Origin: Syntrophales bacterium
Lineage (GTDB): Bacteria; Desulfobacterota; Syntrophia; Syntrophales; UBA2210
Direction of reading: 5' to 3'
Assembly: GCA_963666365.2 (NCBI GenBank)
Contig: CAXXNF010000002.1
Span: 1,824,001 to 1,888,000 of the forward strand
DNA: 64,000 nt
Shown piece by piece: positions 1-10,914 of this stretch (positions are counted from its first letter, which is position 1; every line of letters starts with the position of its first letter). The notes under the pieces were generated by a model that made no database searches, was not told the origin of the DNA, and was given only the letters and a program-made list of their open reading frames with translations. Made by a program: the position numbers and the translations under genes.

Positions 1-253
1 AAATATCAATAAAGACGGGAAAGAGATCAAGGCCTGTGATGTGCCCGGAGGTATGATCGGCCAACACCATCGTCTGACCGCCGGTTCCGCACCCTATGTC
101 AGCAATCTTTGATTCATCGTTCAGGGTGTCGATAAAGCTCAACGCTTTAAGCGTTACCTCGGGGCTTCCCGGCCCTTGTCGCTCCAGACTCGAATAATAT
201 TCGCAGATCAGCGCATAATCAAACTCATGAATTGATGCAGTGTTTTCACTCAT
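1..253 (-). CDS. Class I SAM-dependent methyltransferase (5' part, cut by window edge)
   Basis: Read by hand: [13 protein letters not shown]...RQGPGS...[12 protein letters not shown] (motif I). Confidence 0.8.
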   Translation of the reverse strand, partial: MSENTASIHEFDYALICEYYSSLERQGPGSPEVTLKALSFIDTLNDESKIADIGCGTGGQTMVLADHTSGHITGLDLFPVFIDI

Positions 254-294
254 TGGTTTTCCTTTCCCCCTTTACTATTGCTGTAATTGTGTCG

Positions 295-1048
295 TTACTG
301 TTCTGCCGGATGAAGACGTGCACGAATCTTTTCCCACACATATGTAGTCAAGAAGCACTCATCCATATTCACAAGCATGCTTTGAAATTTAGGCCAGGGA
401 ACTGAAAAACTCAGCAGATCTGGTATGACCCACCCCCTGGCGCTCGGGTCCAATAGACCAATGACAGCTCTTGGATCCTCGGATTCCAGTTCTTTCATCG
501 GAAACGCAACAAGCATTTCACAACCTGAACAGAACGGTGCTATAACCCCATGGGGTGTCATGGTATCGTAATTTGCAAGACCATGCAGCCCCGAAAGAAT
601 GTCCGGCGTGCAGAAGAAAAATACGACCTGCGGGTCATCGTTTTCATTTAATAAATCCCATCCGTTTGAAGATCAGATATTTCTTGCTGGCTTTCAGGGG
701 AGGGCCGTGTGTAAACATGGCCTCTACATGGGCCGGGCTATTTTTATATTTTTCGACATTCACCAAAAAATCTGCTGTCCTTTCGTCAGCTGCCGCGGTC
801 ACAAAACCCAGTAACCCTTTTGAGGCCCAACAGCCAAGGTTATCCTAGTTGAACGCGCGTGCTTTGCCCTTCCGAACAGGGACCAATTGGCCGAAAATAC
901 AAGTTATGCCATGTCTGTTTGGCTTAGGTGCATCAGGAAATTCAACATCATTCAGATCATCGGAATAGAAACGCGCTATCGGGAGCTCACTTCCGGCAAA
1001 GTACTTTTTCCACTTGTCGATGAAACTTCTCTTGATGTCCAGATCCAT
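295..1048 (-). pseudogene. DUF169-like protein, interrupted
   Basis: Fragments 845-1048 and 295-561 read as one family (PFCSGC, GLLDPSAR); in-frame TAG at 845 and further stops/frameshift between them. Confidence 0.65.
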
Positions 1049-1156
1049 ACCATTCTCCTGCTTCAGGGTTGTGAGCATTCACAGAACGTACGCCGATGTA
1101 ACACAGCACCGACCGGTGCAGTCGAATCCGGCGACTGTAAGCCGGCCGTCTCCCTT

Positions 1157-1555
1157 TCATCTCGAGTCGCCCTCTCTTATATCTCTGCGCAGTTCTTCTG
1201 AATAGTCAGAGAGCCTTCTTCGTCCTTCCATGTCGAGAAGAAACCCCAAATCGGCTGCACGGTAACAGATCTGTGTCACAAGACTTTCGATGGAGCTCCT
1301 GTCTTCGAGCCCTTCTTCAACAGCGTGCTGGATAGATACTCTTATGCCGCGTCGAAACGATTCCGCTGGGCCTGGCGCATCGACTATCTCTTTTGCTTCG
1401 CCATAGGAACGCTGAATAGCAGCTACGCTTTCTTTCGGTACCCCCAGCGCTTGAGCCAGACGCGACGGATCCCACTTTTCCCGTTCAGCCTTTTCCAGAA
1501 TGTCCACATCATCCGGCATGTCATCCATCGGCACATGGGATGACAGCAACTCCAT
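1157..1555 (-). CDS. Hypothetical protein (5' end probably frameshifted)
   Basis: 132-aa ORF; the frame stays open upstream of the ATG without another start. Confidence 0.5.
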   Translation of the reverse strand: MELLSSHVPMDDMPDDVDILEKAEREKWDPSRLAQALGVPKESVAAIQRSYGEAKEIVDAPGPAESFRRGIRVSIQHAVEEGLEDRSSIESLVTQICYRAADLGFLLDMEGRRRLSDYSEELRRDIREGDSR

Positions 1556-1794
1556 GCAGGTCCAGCCCTGTCGTGCGCGGGCAATTTTCTCTCTGGCAAT
1601 GCGGGGAATACCTTTAAAGTCGCTTTGGGTACAGAGAATATAGGTTCTGGCAGCACCTGTAGTTTCGCTCCATCAAACTGCAGTTTTTCCACATACGGTG
1701 GAGGCGGCTCCGAAAACTTCTCGCCTCACGCTCCTCGTAAACGGATGGCAATTGAGCGTATCGGAATTGCCGGTCCGGGCGGTTGATGCGGTTG

Positions 1795-2493
1795 TCAAAC
1801 GTCATTATCAAAATCAGGATACAGTTTTTTCATACAGTTGGGACAAATTCCGTGGCTGAAGTCAGCTTCCGGATGTTTAATCAGGTAGTGTTCGATAGAA
1901 TGCCATTGGCCTTGCTTATCCTTAATGGCCTTGCAGTTTGAACAAATGGTCACTATTCCTCGAAGAGCCTGCAGTTCCATCAAATAGTCTGTCAGTCGTC
2001 TGTTCTTATCTCCCAATATCTGATTCATATATATCAGTTCAAGATTGCTCTCTATAATGCTTTTGAATTTTACCATGAGTTGTTCGATAATCGTGGAGTA
2101 TTCGTTTCGTTTTCTATCCAGCACACAGATTGTTCCAAATGGGCTTCCATCCGGCATGAACACTGGAAAACCCAAATAGGATATCATACCTAGCTTTACA
2201 TCCGGGTTGTTTTTCCAATTGTCGTCTGCCAATGCATCAGAAACCAGAAGTTTACTTCTTGATTTAATTACGGTTTCACAATAGAGCCCTGAATTCTCGA
2301 AGTATTCCCTCTCTCCCGGATGATAGGGATTTCCTTCGTTTCGACTTGAAATGAAGACTTCAATATCAGGGTGGCTTAACCTCATGATCAATGCGGCAGG
2401 CAGGTTGCAGACCTGAGCCAGGATATCAACGATTTGCTGCCAGTTTTCTTGAAAGTCTTCGGGGATGGCAATCCCCATTCTTTCTTTAATCAT
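1795..2493 (-). CDS. GAF-domain protein with C-terminal Cys/His (Zn-binding-like) motif
   Basis: SYLGFPVFMPDGSPFGTICVLD (GAF); CSNCK...SHGICPNC. Confidence 0.8.
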   Translation of the reverse strand: MIKERMGIAIPEDFQENWQQIVDILAQVCNLPAALIMRLSHPDIEVFISSRNEGNPYHPGEREYFENSGLYCETVIKSRSKLLVSDALADDNWKNNPDVKLGMISYLGFPVFMPDGSPFGTICVLDRKRNEYSTIIEQLMVKFKSIIESNLELIYMNQILGDKNRRLTDYLMELQALRGIVTICSNCKAIKDKQGQWHSIEHYLIKHPEADFSHGICPNCMKKLYPDFDNDV

Positions 2494-2519
2494 CGGCGAC
2501 TCCGAATATTAAAGCTTCA

Positions 2520-2550
2520 CTTATCCCGACTGCCTGCGGTCGGGATAAAC
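2520..2550. repeat. Degenerate copy of the 32-bp palindrome at 30157-30188
   Basis: TTATCCCGACTGCCTGCGGTCGGGATAAAC, followed by an attC-like remnant. Confidence 0.7.
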
Positions 2551-2608
2551 ATTTTAATCAGCGGCGCTTTTTTTGCGCCTGCTGGTTTTATCGCTTGATA
2601 CCGTAACT

Positions 2609-3916
2609 TCATGGATTTGCCGTTAATTCGAGCCAGTGCATCGCCATTCGGAGATTGGCTTGGGCCCACTGAAGAGGGACATGATCATTTGGTTCGTAAG
2701 AACCGTGATCGAGGAAATAGGCTTCAGGACATTGCAATGCCATCACGTTATTCGTCCCTTTCGTCAGTTGCCCAAGAGAACGATTCAGATAATGTGCCTG
2801 CAGCAATCGGTCCTCATTCTTTCCGCCTGTCAGCACCCTCATGCCATAACAGCATGAAATTATAGGATCAAAAATGCACCACTGGGCCTCTTCCCCAGGC
2901 GTTAGATACGTATCTCTTGATTTGATTTTTTCGTTGAGATCGTCGGTGCGATCGCCAGGAGAGAACAGGCTTCGGTAATCAGCGCACCAATATGAATCAC
3001 CAAGATACCGACGTATCCCTATAGTGCCCTTAAGAACAGTAGAAACGTCGCTTACTATTATAGATGCCATTGGGGAAGCAACTATGTTCAACGGGTAAAC
3101 CAGGAACAACAATGCCGCATCATAGCGCCGTCTCGTTGCACTGTCAGGTCCTAAACACTCATGCGGCAATATTGTATGCAATGACTCTTCACCTTTTTTA
3201 ATCAGGCAGGTTAAATAATTTTTGTTAATGCTGAATGCCCTAAAAAAAGAACGATCAAAAAAATTGTGGAGTCTGCATAGATCATAAAACTCGTGCAAAC
3301 CGGCGACAACAGTCCCTATTGAAGATGCTGAAACTTTGCGCACCTCTTCCCAATGGCCGCTATCCTGATCCTGCCAATACTCAATTGCATTAAGATATCG
3401 CACTACATCTACAAGAGTTTGAATCTCCGTCTCTTTGATTTCAATAACCCCTTCCTTTCCCATCTTGCTGAATAACCAAATAAAGTAACCTATTGCGTCA
3501 TTTTGTGCGTGCGGCCATTTTTGTGTGATTTCTTTTATTTTTAATGCATCAAAACGAACGTGAGGTCTTTTCATTGGGTCTGCGGCCACACATGGGTTCT
3601 TAATCACCTGCTCCATCCGGAATCGCTGACTTTGGAAGAAGTGCATCAGTGAAAGCGTGGTATTGGCTGCCGTTACCCGATCGCCCCAAAAAAAATGCGC
3701 ATGTGCAATATGCACGTTATCACGCACCCAGGCATTTTGATAGCCGGATGCATCGTCATTATTTGCTGAAGATGAAGCAGGAAAAAGGCCGCTCTCAAGG
3801 CAGGAAAAACGAAACGTATCGTTCCGAAGCAAAAAATCATATAACCGTTCAACATCTGCGCGTCGATATGGCAGGCACAGATAATCAAGTATTGTTTCAT
3901 TGTGAATGTGAAGCAT
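2609..3916 (-). CDS. Glycoside hydrolase family 15-like (glucoamylase / phosphorylase-kinase-alpha/beta-like) protein
   Basis: YQNAWVRDN, DSGHWEE, DAALL, PLQWA motifs. Confidence 0.7.
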   Translation of the reverse strand: MLHIHNETILDYLCLPYRRADVERLYDFLLRNDTFRFSCLESGLFPASSSANNDDASGYQNAWVRDNVHIAHAHFFWGDRVTAANTTLSLMHFFQSQRFRMEQVIKNPCVAADPMKRPHVRFDALKIKEITQKWPHAQNDAIGYFIWLFSKMGKEGVIEIKETEIQTLVDVVRYLNAIEYWQDQDSGHWEEVRKVSASSIGTVVAGLHEFYDLCRLHNFFDRSFFRAFSINKNYLTCLIKKGEESLHTILPHECLGPDSATRRRYDAALLFLVYPLNIVASPMASIIVSDVSTVLKGTIGIRRYLGDSYWCADYRSLFSPGDRTDDLNEKIKSRDTYLTPGEEAQWCIFDPIISCCYGMRVLTGGKNEDRLLQAHYLNRSLGQLTKGTNNVMALQCPEAYFLDHGSYEPNDHVPLQWAQANLRMAMHWLELTANP

Positions 3917-4067
3917 AAGATTAATCGTTTGGGTGTCTCACAGCACACCACTTATTAAACCTGCGGCCATTACTATTAACCAAGTCCAAAACCCGAGAAG
4001 AGAGTCATACGCTGACGCAATCAACGCAGCGAAACAAATAGCTATTCTTCCCACAAAACTCCAAGAC

Positions 4068-4169
4068 GTCCAGTGGGTCCGCAGCTGCGCTGCGGACCGA
4101 ACACAACGATAATTTTCAGAGAGCCGCCAGATCAAGCCGCGTATTCGTTCGCCGCAGGCGGTCGGGATG
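4068..4169 (-). repeat. Long attC/promoter repeat, copy A (internally deleted, fused to a half-palindrome)
   Basis: Visibly similar to 30036-30188; TTGATC-N18-TATCGT on - strand. Confidence 0.7.
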
Positions 4170-4297
4170 CATGTTTCGGGTATCCTAGCGGGCGCATCAC
4201 TTCACTCGGTCAAATTCATCCGATGGTTCGGCAAAACCGTTATTTCAAATTCTGTCAAGAATGAAGACCTGATTCAGCGGTTTTCAAAATAAGCTAT

Positions 4298-4723
4298 TTA
4301 CTTATCCCTTTTTCCCATCGCACTACGTTCATTATTTAACTCTTTCAGAAGGGCTGAAAGAGCCCAATGTTCTGAAAACGGCGTGAGCGTCGCCCACAAA
4401 GGGCGAGGCAATCCAGTGCCTTTGTAATGGGTAAGAATGTGGTGAAGCTCTCTTTCAGTAATTCCGGACATGACAACAGCACGTTCAATATTACAATTCG
4501 TGTTTCGTCCCGTCTGATTGGGCAAAGTCAGCAAATCACAAAGGCATTTCTCGGTATCTGCGTCTGTGGCAAAAATTACCGGAACATCTTTAATCTGAAT
4601 GGCGTCCAGTAATTTCATCAACGTTTTCTGTTCTGATGGCGTAAAGCCGCATACCAGCAAGGCTCTTGGCCCATACATCCGTTCCGTCGATTCTCCGACC
4701 TTTTTAAATGTCCCTTCACTCAT
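4298..4723 (-). CDS. DUF3783-like protein (cassette gene)
   Basis: PLWATLTPFSEHW..LLKEL..E motif; bounded by complementary GTTCGGC (4226-4232) and GCCGAAC (4745-4751). Confidence 0.7.
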   Translation of the reverse strand: MSEGTFKKVGESTERMYGPRALLVCGFTPSEQKTLMKLLDAIQIKDVPVIFATDADTEKCLCDLLTLPNQTGRNTNCNIERAVVMSGITERELHHILTHYKGTGLPRPLWATLTPFSEHWALSALLKELNNERSAMGKRDK

Positions 4724-4840
4724 GATGACTTCCTTATATTTATTGCCGAACGCTACTCATAACCAGTAGCCGGCTGTTATGGTCCCTCCGGATCATGATT
4801 GAAGTTTCCCCACTTTCAAAATCGCCCGGCAATCACTTCA

Positions 4841-5587
4841 TCACCGCTTCATCAGCGCGAACACGCCCCAGCCAAGGTATTCGCGCGTGTAAGCGGCGTA
4901 ACGCTCGGGTTCCGAGGTTAATGTGGCTCGAACATCTTTCGCGAACTCGTCGTCTGGATTGGCTTCCAGCCATTGGCGCATGGTGAGCCACTTGACCGCC
5001 TCGTACCTGTCCCAGCTGTCTTGGTCGGCCAGAACCATTTCCACAACATCGTAGCCAAGATGGCTGAAAGACGCGAGCAGTTCTGGAAGCAGGAGAAAAT
5101 CGGAGATCGAGTTGGCAAGACACCCCCTGGCAACATCTTCCGTCGGAGGTAACTGCCGCCAGTAGGGCTCACCGATGAGGATGATCCCTCCGGTGCGGAG
5201 GCTCTGCGCCAGAAGCTCGATAGTCCCGACGACTCCCCCGGCGATCCACGTGGCGCCGACACAGGCAGCCACACCGACCTTCTCGTCAGAAACATAGCCG
5301 GCAGCATCGCCATGGATGAACCTGACTTGATCGGCGACGCCGAGTTCTTCAGCGCGGAGTTTTGCGTGCTTGGTGAACAACTGACTCATGTCGATGCCGA
5401 TGCCGATGACTCCGTAATCGCGTGCCCACGTGCACAGCATCTCTCCCGATCCGCTGCCAAGGTCGAGCACTCGGGTCCCCGTTTCCAAACGCAGCGCCGC
5501 GCCGAGAGTGGCGAGCTTTTCCTTTGTGAACGGGTTATGGATGCGGTGAGCACTCTCGGTGATGTTGAAGATCCGTGGAATGTCCAT
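4841..5587 (-). CDS. SAM-dependent methyltransferase, YjhP-like
   Basis: MDIPRIFNITESAHRIHNP...VLDLGSGSGE; GGAG RBS before ATG 5587. Confidence 0.85.
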   Translation of the reverse strand: MDIPRIFNITESAHRIHNPFTKEKLATLGAALRLETGTRVLDLGSGSGEMLCTWARDYGVIGIGIDMSQLFTKHAKLRAEELGVADQVRFIHGDAAGYVSDEKVGVAACVGATWIAGGVVGTIELLAQSLRTGGIILIGEPYWRQLPPTEDVARGCLANSISDFLLLPELLASFSHLGYDVVEMVLADQDSWDRYEAVKWLTMRQWLEANPDDEFAKDVRATLTSEPERYAAYTREYLGWGVFALMKR

Positions 5588-5746
5588 TGCAGAAAATCTC
5601 CTTACGGGATTTTTACCATTATAGATGGTTTGCGATAGCATGGAGTCGTACTTTGACTATTGACTGAAATTGAAGAATCATTTCCGTATCTAGTCAGGAG
5701 TCAACGGCCTGACCCCATTCCCGCCCGATCGTTGCAATTGCGTGCC

Positions 5747-6121
5747 TTATTCTTTGGGATAATACTTGACATTACGCATATTTTTGAAATCTGAATCCTG
5801 AGTCCAGAGAATTGCTTTGAATTCTTGAGCCGTTGCGAGAATGATACTGTCCGCCATGGGAAGATTATGCTCCAAACTTAGCTTGGAAGCGGCAATTGTC
5901 AAAGGTGTGTTTATGTCGACAACAGTTCCTTTTTGCATAGCCACAACCGCCTGCAATGCTTCATTCTCGCCGGACTCTCGAAGAATGACCTTGAATACCT
6001 CGTATATCGTTACGGTTTGTACAACAAGCAAAGCGGAATCACTGAGCGGGGCTAAGAAATACTGGGCATTAGGCTCATCTGCGAAGTAGGCAAGCCAGCC
6101 TGAAGAATCAACTATATTCAT
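5747..6121 (-). CDS. vapC: Type II toxin, VapC/PIN domain
   Basis: NIVDSSGW...ADSIILATA...LWTQD acidic PIN motifs; overlaps the antitoxin stop. Confidence 0.9.
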   Translation of the reverse strand: MNIVDSSGWLAYFADEPNAQYFLAPLSDSALLVVQTVTIYEVFKVILRESGENEALQAVVAMQKGTVVDINTPLTIAASKLSLEHNLPMADSIILATAQEFKAILWTQDSDFKNMRNVKYYPKE

Positions 6122-6324
6122 AGCCGATCTCCCTCGCGGTTTAATTCCGTATTGATCCCCTTGAGGAATCCACGAAGCTCTTTGATATCACGTTCCGGTA
6201 TTAGTTCAATGCGCCCGGCATATTCAACAATTTGCATTTTTTGTCCAGGATAAAGCTTCAATGCCTCCCTGACTGTTTTAGGTATAACGACTTGGTATTT
6301 TGGTGATACAGTTACCGTTGGCAT
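6118..6324 (-). CDS. AbrB/MazE-fold antitoxin
   Basis: VSPKYQVVIPKTVRE.L motif. Confidence 0.9.
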   Translation of the reverse strand: MPTVTVSPKYQVVIPKTVREALKLYPGQKMQIVEYAGRIELIPERDIKELRGFLKGINTELNREGDRL

Positions 6325-6394
6325 GCCAATACCTCCATCGATATAGTATGTGCTACGATATCATTATCGATATAATTGTGTCAATTATACTGAT

Positions 6395-6453
6395 GCCCAA
6401 CGCAATCATCAGCCGCGGCGGGGTGCGTCGTCTGCTGCATGTTGTGGCTGGGC
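6395..6453 (-). repeat. attC site (degenerate)
   Basis: GCCCAAC...CAGCCG/CTGCTG stem...GCTGGGC. Confidence 0.6.
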
Positions 6454-6595
6454 AGCGTAAACCTATATTCCTGCCGCATGGGCGGCTTGAATCGCCTGGA
6501 GATACTCATCACGGGTTCCGTACTTTGTGCGTGTGGAACCCTTCTGATCAAATTCCCCAAGATCAAAAAGATCATAGATCCCGTAAACGGTATCT

Positions 6596-7264
6596 TCAGC
6601 CCCGGCTGCGCCTTTGTACGCTGGCGGTTACTCCCTTATGGCGTGCTTGAAACGCCTCACGAATGATTTTGTTTTTTTCTTTTTGCCGTGATTTGCAGCC
6701 AAGCTCACCGAGGTCACCCAGTTCAGTCATTGCCACTTCATGGCAGGATGGGCAAAGTCCATGAGTCAATTGTGGCATTTGATCGGCCTCGAAAAGCCTG
6801 AAATGAGCTAAGCCCTCTTCAATTTCGGCCCATTGTCCCGGCAAGACTTTAATCTTCTTACACATGCTGCACACTGTCACCAATTCCGTTGATCTCGGTG
6901 TATCCGCGTCAAGCAGTCTGACTGGGTCCCTGGGCTCCGTTCGGAGGATTTTGCTTGTCATTTGGATATGTTCATCTGGTAGGGGCTCGACAAAGAGTTC
7001 GAGGTATCTTCGTTCACTGGGAGAATCGCACCGGAACGGAATAGGCCGCAAAGGCAGACCACATCTCACTCGTCTGAACAACTCCTGATAGAGATATCGC
7101 GTTTCGGGGCCTTGAATGAATTCCCACAGCTTGTGTCCCACCACATCTTCCGGACGCAGGGAACTGCCCCAAAGATTAGCATCAGCGAACCTGTCCCAAT
7201 TGGCGCTGACGCTTACGATAGTATCGGTGCTGTCAATTCGGTAAATGAAAACATCGTTGCTCAT
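6596..7264 (-). CDS. PAS-like protein with C-terminal CxxC...HGxCPxC motif
   Basis: PFRCDSP..RR; CSMCKK...[11 protein letters not shown] 7264 lies just inside the cassette boundary. Confidence 0.65.
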   Translation of the reverse strand: MSNDVFIYRIDSTDTIVSVSANWDRFADANLWGSSLRPEDVVGHKLWEFIQGPETRYLYQELFRRVRCGLPLRPIPFRCDSPSERRYLELFVEPLPDEHIQMTSKILRTEPRDPVRLLDADTPRSTELVTVCSMCKKIKVLPGQWAEIEEGLAHFRLFEADQMPQLTHGLCPSCHEVAMTELGDLGELGCKSRQKEKNKIIREAFQARHKGVTASVQRRSRG

Positions 7265-7280
7265 GTTATCTCCGTTTGTC

Positions 7281-7350
7281 ACCCAATGGGGCCGCGGCTG
7301 AGCGGCGGATCGAAGAAAATTTTAATTTTCAGAGGACCGGTACATCAAGC
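7281..7350 (-). repeat. Long attC/promoter repeat, copy B (one half)
   Basis: GGGGCCGCGGCTGAGC...GAAGAAAATT..AATTTTC.GAGGACCGG..ATCAAGC matches 30044-30106; TTGATG-N18-TAAAAT on - strand. Confidence 0.75.
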
Positions 7351-7486
7351 TTGCAGCGCAGCTGAAAGCGTCCCCTGCACCCGGCTTGCTGTGTTCACTT
7401 TGTAGCTATTGACTCAACAATTTGGAACTGGCAATTCGATTGAGACTCACACCTGACTCAGTAGCTTGTATAGCCCATTTCCTATG

Positions 7487-8056
7487 TTACAGACCAGCCC
7501 GTTCCAGCCAGTACAGCAACAGAAAAATAAGCAAAGCCACCGGCATGACAACAATCCAGTCATTTACGTTGAACAGTCGCGGCAAGGTAATATCGCCAAA
7601 ATCGCCCTTGTTCAGAATACCTTGACTGAGCTGGGGATAAAGAGCAGCAAACAGACCAGCACCAATTATAATGCCTGCTAGTCCGCCAAAAATGGCATCC
7701 AGATAACCATTACCGACTGCGCCTGCAATAGTGCCGGGACAATAGCCCAACAAGGCAAAACCGATCCCAAAAATTAATCCACCAATAACATTTTTACCAA
7801 CTGAACCTGATTTGGGATAAAGCTCTACCCATCTCATGGTTTTCATACAATAAATACCGATCATTCCGGTCAAAACCGCGGAAAGCATAATTTTTAGCAC
7901 AGTGAAATCCGTCAGCAAAAGCTGGCCGATGATTACGTCATATTTTGTTGCGCCGCCTTTCTGGAGCAGAAAGCCAAACACAATACCAAACGCCAACCCC
8001 CAGATCAGGGAAGATTTATCTTTTTGGGATGTATTTACCAGTTTTTTTGTCTGCAT
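7487..8056 (-). CDS. YeeE/YedE sulfur-transport family protein
   Basis: GG.IFG.G..L.GYCPGT motif; hydrophobic. Confidence 0.85.
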   Translation of the reverse strand: MQTKKLVNTSQKDKSSLIWGLAFGIVFGFLLQKGGATKYDVIIGQLLLTDFTVLKIMLSAVLTGMIGIYCMKTMRWVELYPKSGSVGKNVIGGLIFGIGFALLGYCPGTIAGAVGNGYLDAIFGGLAGIIIGAGLFAALYPQLSQGILNKGDFGDITLPRLFNVNDWIVVMPVALLIFLLLYWLERAGL

Positions 8057-8067
8057 ATTCTTCTACC

Positions 8068-8586
8068 CTAACCGATTAATTTGAAGATTAGTTGAGCCGT
8101 CAGGATACCGCCTATAAAAAAGCAGATGGCAGAAATCCAGCTTGAAACGGCAAGCTGCAGCGTACCGCTTATACCGTGGCCGCTGGTGCATCCATCTGCC
8201 CAGCGGGCGCCGAAACCGAGGCAAATACCGCCTGCCAACGCAACGATGACTCGCAGTACCGGGTCAGTGCCAAATACATTTGCCCAGATCGAAGGAACCC
8301 ACTGCCAGTAAAAATCACCAGACAACAGCGACGAAATCATTGATCCGATTACAATGCCAACAACCAGCATCCACTGCCAATCTACAACCAGCGTTATCCT
8401 TTGGTAGTACGGTTTTAAATTGACTTTTTCCCCGAAAAAAAGTTTTTCGATCATCCCGCTAGCCTTGGCAAAGGTCGTGGAGCATGCAATCGGGTTTCTG
8501 GAAATGAGAAAACTGAACCAGCTTAAAATCCCAATGCCGATTCCCACTACATAGGGTGACCAGCGTATTTCAGTTAAAAATTCCAT
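8068..8586 (-). CDS. YeeE/YedE sulfur-transport family protein
   Basis: GARWADGCTSGHGISG motif. Confidence 0.85.
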   Translation of the reverse strand: MEFLTEIRWSPYVVGIGIGILSWFSFLISRNPIACSTTFAKASGMIEKLFFGEKVNLKPYYQRITLVVDWQWMLVVGIVIGSMISSLLSGDFYWQWVPSIWANVFGTDPVLRVIVALAGGICLGFGARWADGCTSGHGISGTLQLAVSSWISAICFFIGGILTAQLIFKLIG

Positions 8587-8604
8587 ATGATTACCTTTCG
8601 ATTG

Positions 8605-10062
8605 TTATGCTGTTTCCCAGTGTTTTTTTATTGGATCGTAGTTTGAGGAAGATCTTGATCCATGAGGATTTACACAAACCCGGCATTCCCTGGTATACCC
8701 GGCAGCGCTGTAGCCTGTCATTCCACCGGCAACGTTATAAATATCGGTAAATCCATGCTGTTTAAGAATGCTCGCGCCAAGACTGGATCGATTCCCCGAA
8801 CTGCAGATAAGAATGGTCTTTTTATTCTTATTCAGCTCAATATAACGAGTGCGAAGCTCAGATACCTGAATATTGATGGCGCCTTTGATGTGGCTGTCCT
8901 CATATTCCAACGGCGCACGCACATCCAGAAGTACAAAATTGGCTTTGCCAGTGATCATGTCGTGCAGTTCTTCGGATGAAATTAATTCTATATGACTGGT
9001 CTTGAGCCCTGCCAAAGCCCAGGCAACCATCCCCCCATCGAGATAACCAACAATTCGATCCACACCCGCCCGGCGAGCCCATATATTAGCTTCCAGCGCT
9101 TTTTGATAATCATCAACCACAAGCAGGAGATCCTTATCCGTGGGTAAAACCCAACCGGCAAATGTAGGAAAATTGCCATTGATATCTAGATGCCATGCAC
9201 CTGGGATGTGCTGACTGCCAAAGCTATAATAGCCACGGGCATCAAGCACCAGAAGGTTTGGGTCCTGTATTCGCTGTTTGAATTGATTTGCGCTTAATTC
9301 CTCCATAACGGGCAGATCGGCAACCAGGGCCGGCCCCTTACGGTTGATATCGCTGCACCGGCTGAAGTGATCCGGCGCCGGAGGCATATTCTCGGTGAGT
9401 GATTTAATAAATGCAGACTTTTCCTTAATTTTTAATATTGAATTAAAGTTACGTTCATAACCGATAGTGGTACGCCATTTGGCGCCCATTGCACGACCGC
9501 ACAATGAACCTGCGCCATGTGCTGGATATACTTCTACATAATCGGGCAGCTTGAGTAATTTGTCATGCACGCTGTGAAAAAGTTTTCCTGCCAGTTCTTC
9601 AGCCATATTCGGGAATAAATCAGGTCGCCCCACATCACCGACAAATAGCGTATCTCCTACAAACGCACCGACCGGGCTATCCGATCGTGATTTGTCTATT
9701 ACGACGTAGCTGAGATGTTCCGGGGTATGCCCCGGTGTTTCCAATACTTTTAGAAGCATATCTTCCAATTCGATGGAATCGCCTTCCGACAGGGCGACAT
9801 GATCGAAGCTACACTTTGCCGATTTTGCCACATAAATTTTTGCGCCTGTTTTTTTTGCCAAATCCATGTGTCCGGAAACGAAATCGGCGTGAAGATGAGT
9901 TTGAAGAATGTGGGTAATATGTACACCTAAAGCGCGGGCTGCAGTGATGTAGTCGTCCACATCCCTCTGAGGGTCAATCACTGCACAGGAAGTCTTGCCT
10001 GCGAGAATATAAGAGCTATGAGCAATTTTACCGATGAAAAAATGTTTAAGTAGCATGCACAA
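8605..10062 (-). CDS. MBL-fold hydrolase (persulfide dioxygenase-like) fused to two rhodanese domains
   Basis: THLHADFVSG, TPGHTPEH, GDVGRPD, HIPGA/HIKGA, CSSGNRS. Confidence 0.9.
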   Translation of the reverse strand: MCMLLKHFFIGKIAHSSYILAGKTSCAVIDPQRDVDDYITAARALGVHITHILQTHLHADFVSGHMDLAKKTGAKIYVAKSAKCSFDHVALSEGDSIELEDMLLKVLETPGHTPEHLSYVVIDKSRSDSPVGAFVGDTLFVGDVGRPDLFPNMAEELAGKLFHSVHDKLLKLPDYVEVYPAHGAGSLCGRAMGAKWRTTIGYERNFNSILKIKEKSAFIKSLTENMPPAPDHFSRCSDINRKGPALVADLPVMEELSANQFKQRIQDPNLLVLDARGYYSFGSQHIPGAWHLDINGNFPTFAGWVLPTDKDLLLVVDDYQKALEANIWARRAGVDRIVGYLDGGMVAWALAGLKTSHIELISSEELHDMITGKANFVLLDVRAPLEYEDSHIKGAINIQVSELRTRYIELNKNKKTILICSSGNRSSLGASILKQHGFTDIYNVAGGMTGYSAAGYTRECRVCVNPHGSRSSSNYDPIKKHWETA

Positions 10063-10144
10063 TTCCTCCTCGTAGTCCTTTTATGATCTGAGTACATCGT
10101 TATATGCTATGCACATGCAATCCGTGAAAAGATTGCACACTGCT

Positions 10145-10813
10145 TTATAAATAGAACAGATAAAAAACGGTCACAACAATAAAGATAAAAAGCAGCGTCA
10201 TTCCTCCCCCGGCTTTAACATAGTCTGCATTGCGATAGCCTCCGGCAGACATCAGCAGCGCATTGACCTGATGGGTAGGCAAAACAAATGAATGTCCTGC
10301 ACATACCGCTGCCATTCGCGCCAATGGGCGGGGATGAAACCCTCCAATTTGCGCCATACTCATCACAAGCGGCGCCAGTACTACAATAGCGCCCACATTG
10401 GACACGAACAGTGAAAATAAAGTGGACAACACCGCAACGGTCAAAAGTAAAAGCACAGGATGCTTTCCCTGAACCAGCATCATCATTTGCTCTGCTAAAA
10501 ATGCAGCGGCTCCGGTTTTCTGCATAGCGACGCCCAAAGGAATGAGCCCGGCGAGCAGGAAAACAACCTTCCACTCTATGCATTGATAGGCTTCCTGAAT
10601 ATCGAGCACCCCTGTCAGCACCATTGCAATTGCTCCAGTGAAAAATGCCATTGATATGGGGAAACCTGCCAGGGCGAACCCAATGGCAGCGGCAAAGCAC
10701 AGCACAGCAGCCCATGTTTTTGACGGATCTTTCTTTTCGATGGCAAAAGGAGTCGCCACCACAAAATTAGCATCCGATTTTAGATCATGAATCTTCCCGG
10801 CACACACGATCAA
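10145..10813 (-). pseudogene. C-terminal fragment of an SLC13-type permease
   Basis: Only the C-terminal TM region (SNVGA, PTHQVN, GGY...DY.K.G) is present; the 5' part is missing. Confidence 0.7.
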
Positions 10814-10914
10814 AATCAGAGCTTTTCGCGGCTACGCGAAAATACTCTGCATTTTTTGTTTGGACAATTTCCTTCTCCTGTCATTTCAGAATCCATTGAT
10901 GGACAAGAGGATCA

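Noticed and set aside
5693..5716. Short GTCAGG...CCTGACCCC hairpin as a second REP class
   Set aside because: Single short occurrence in the window; not enough support
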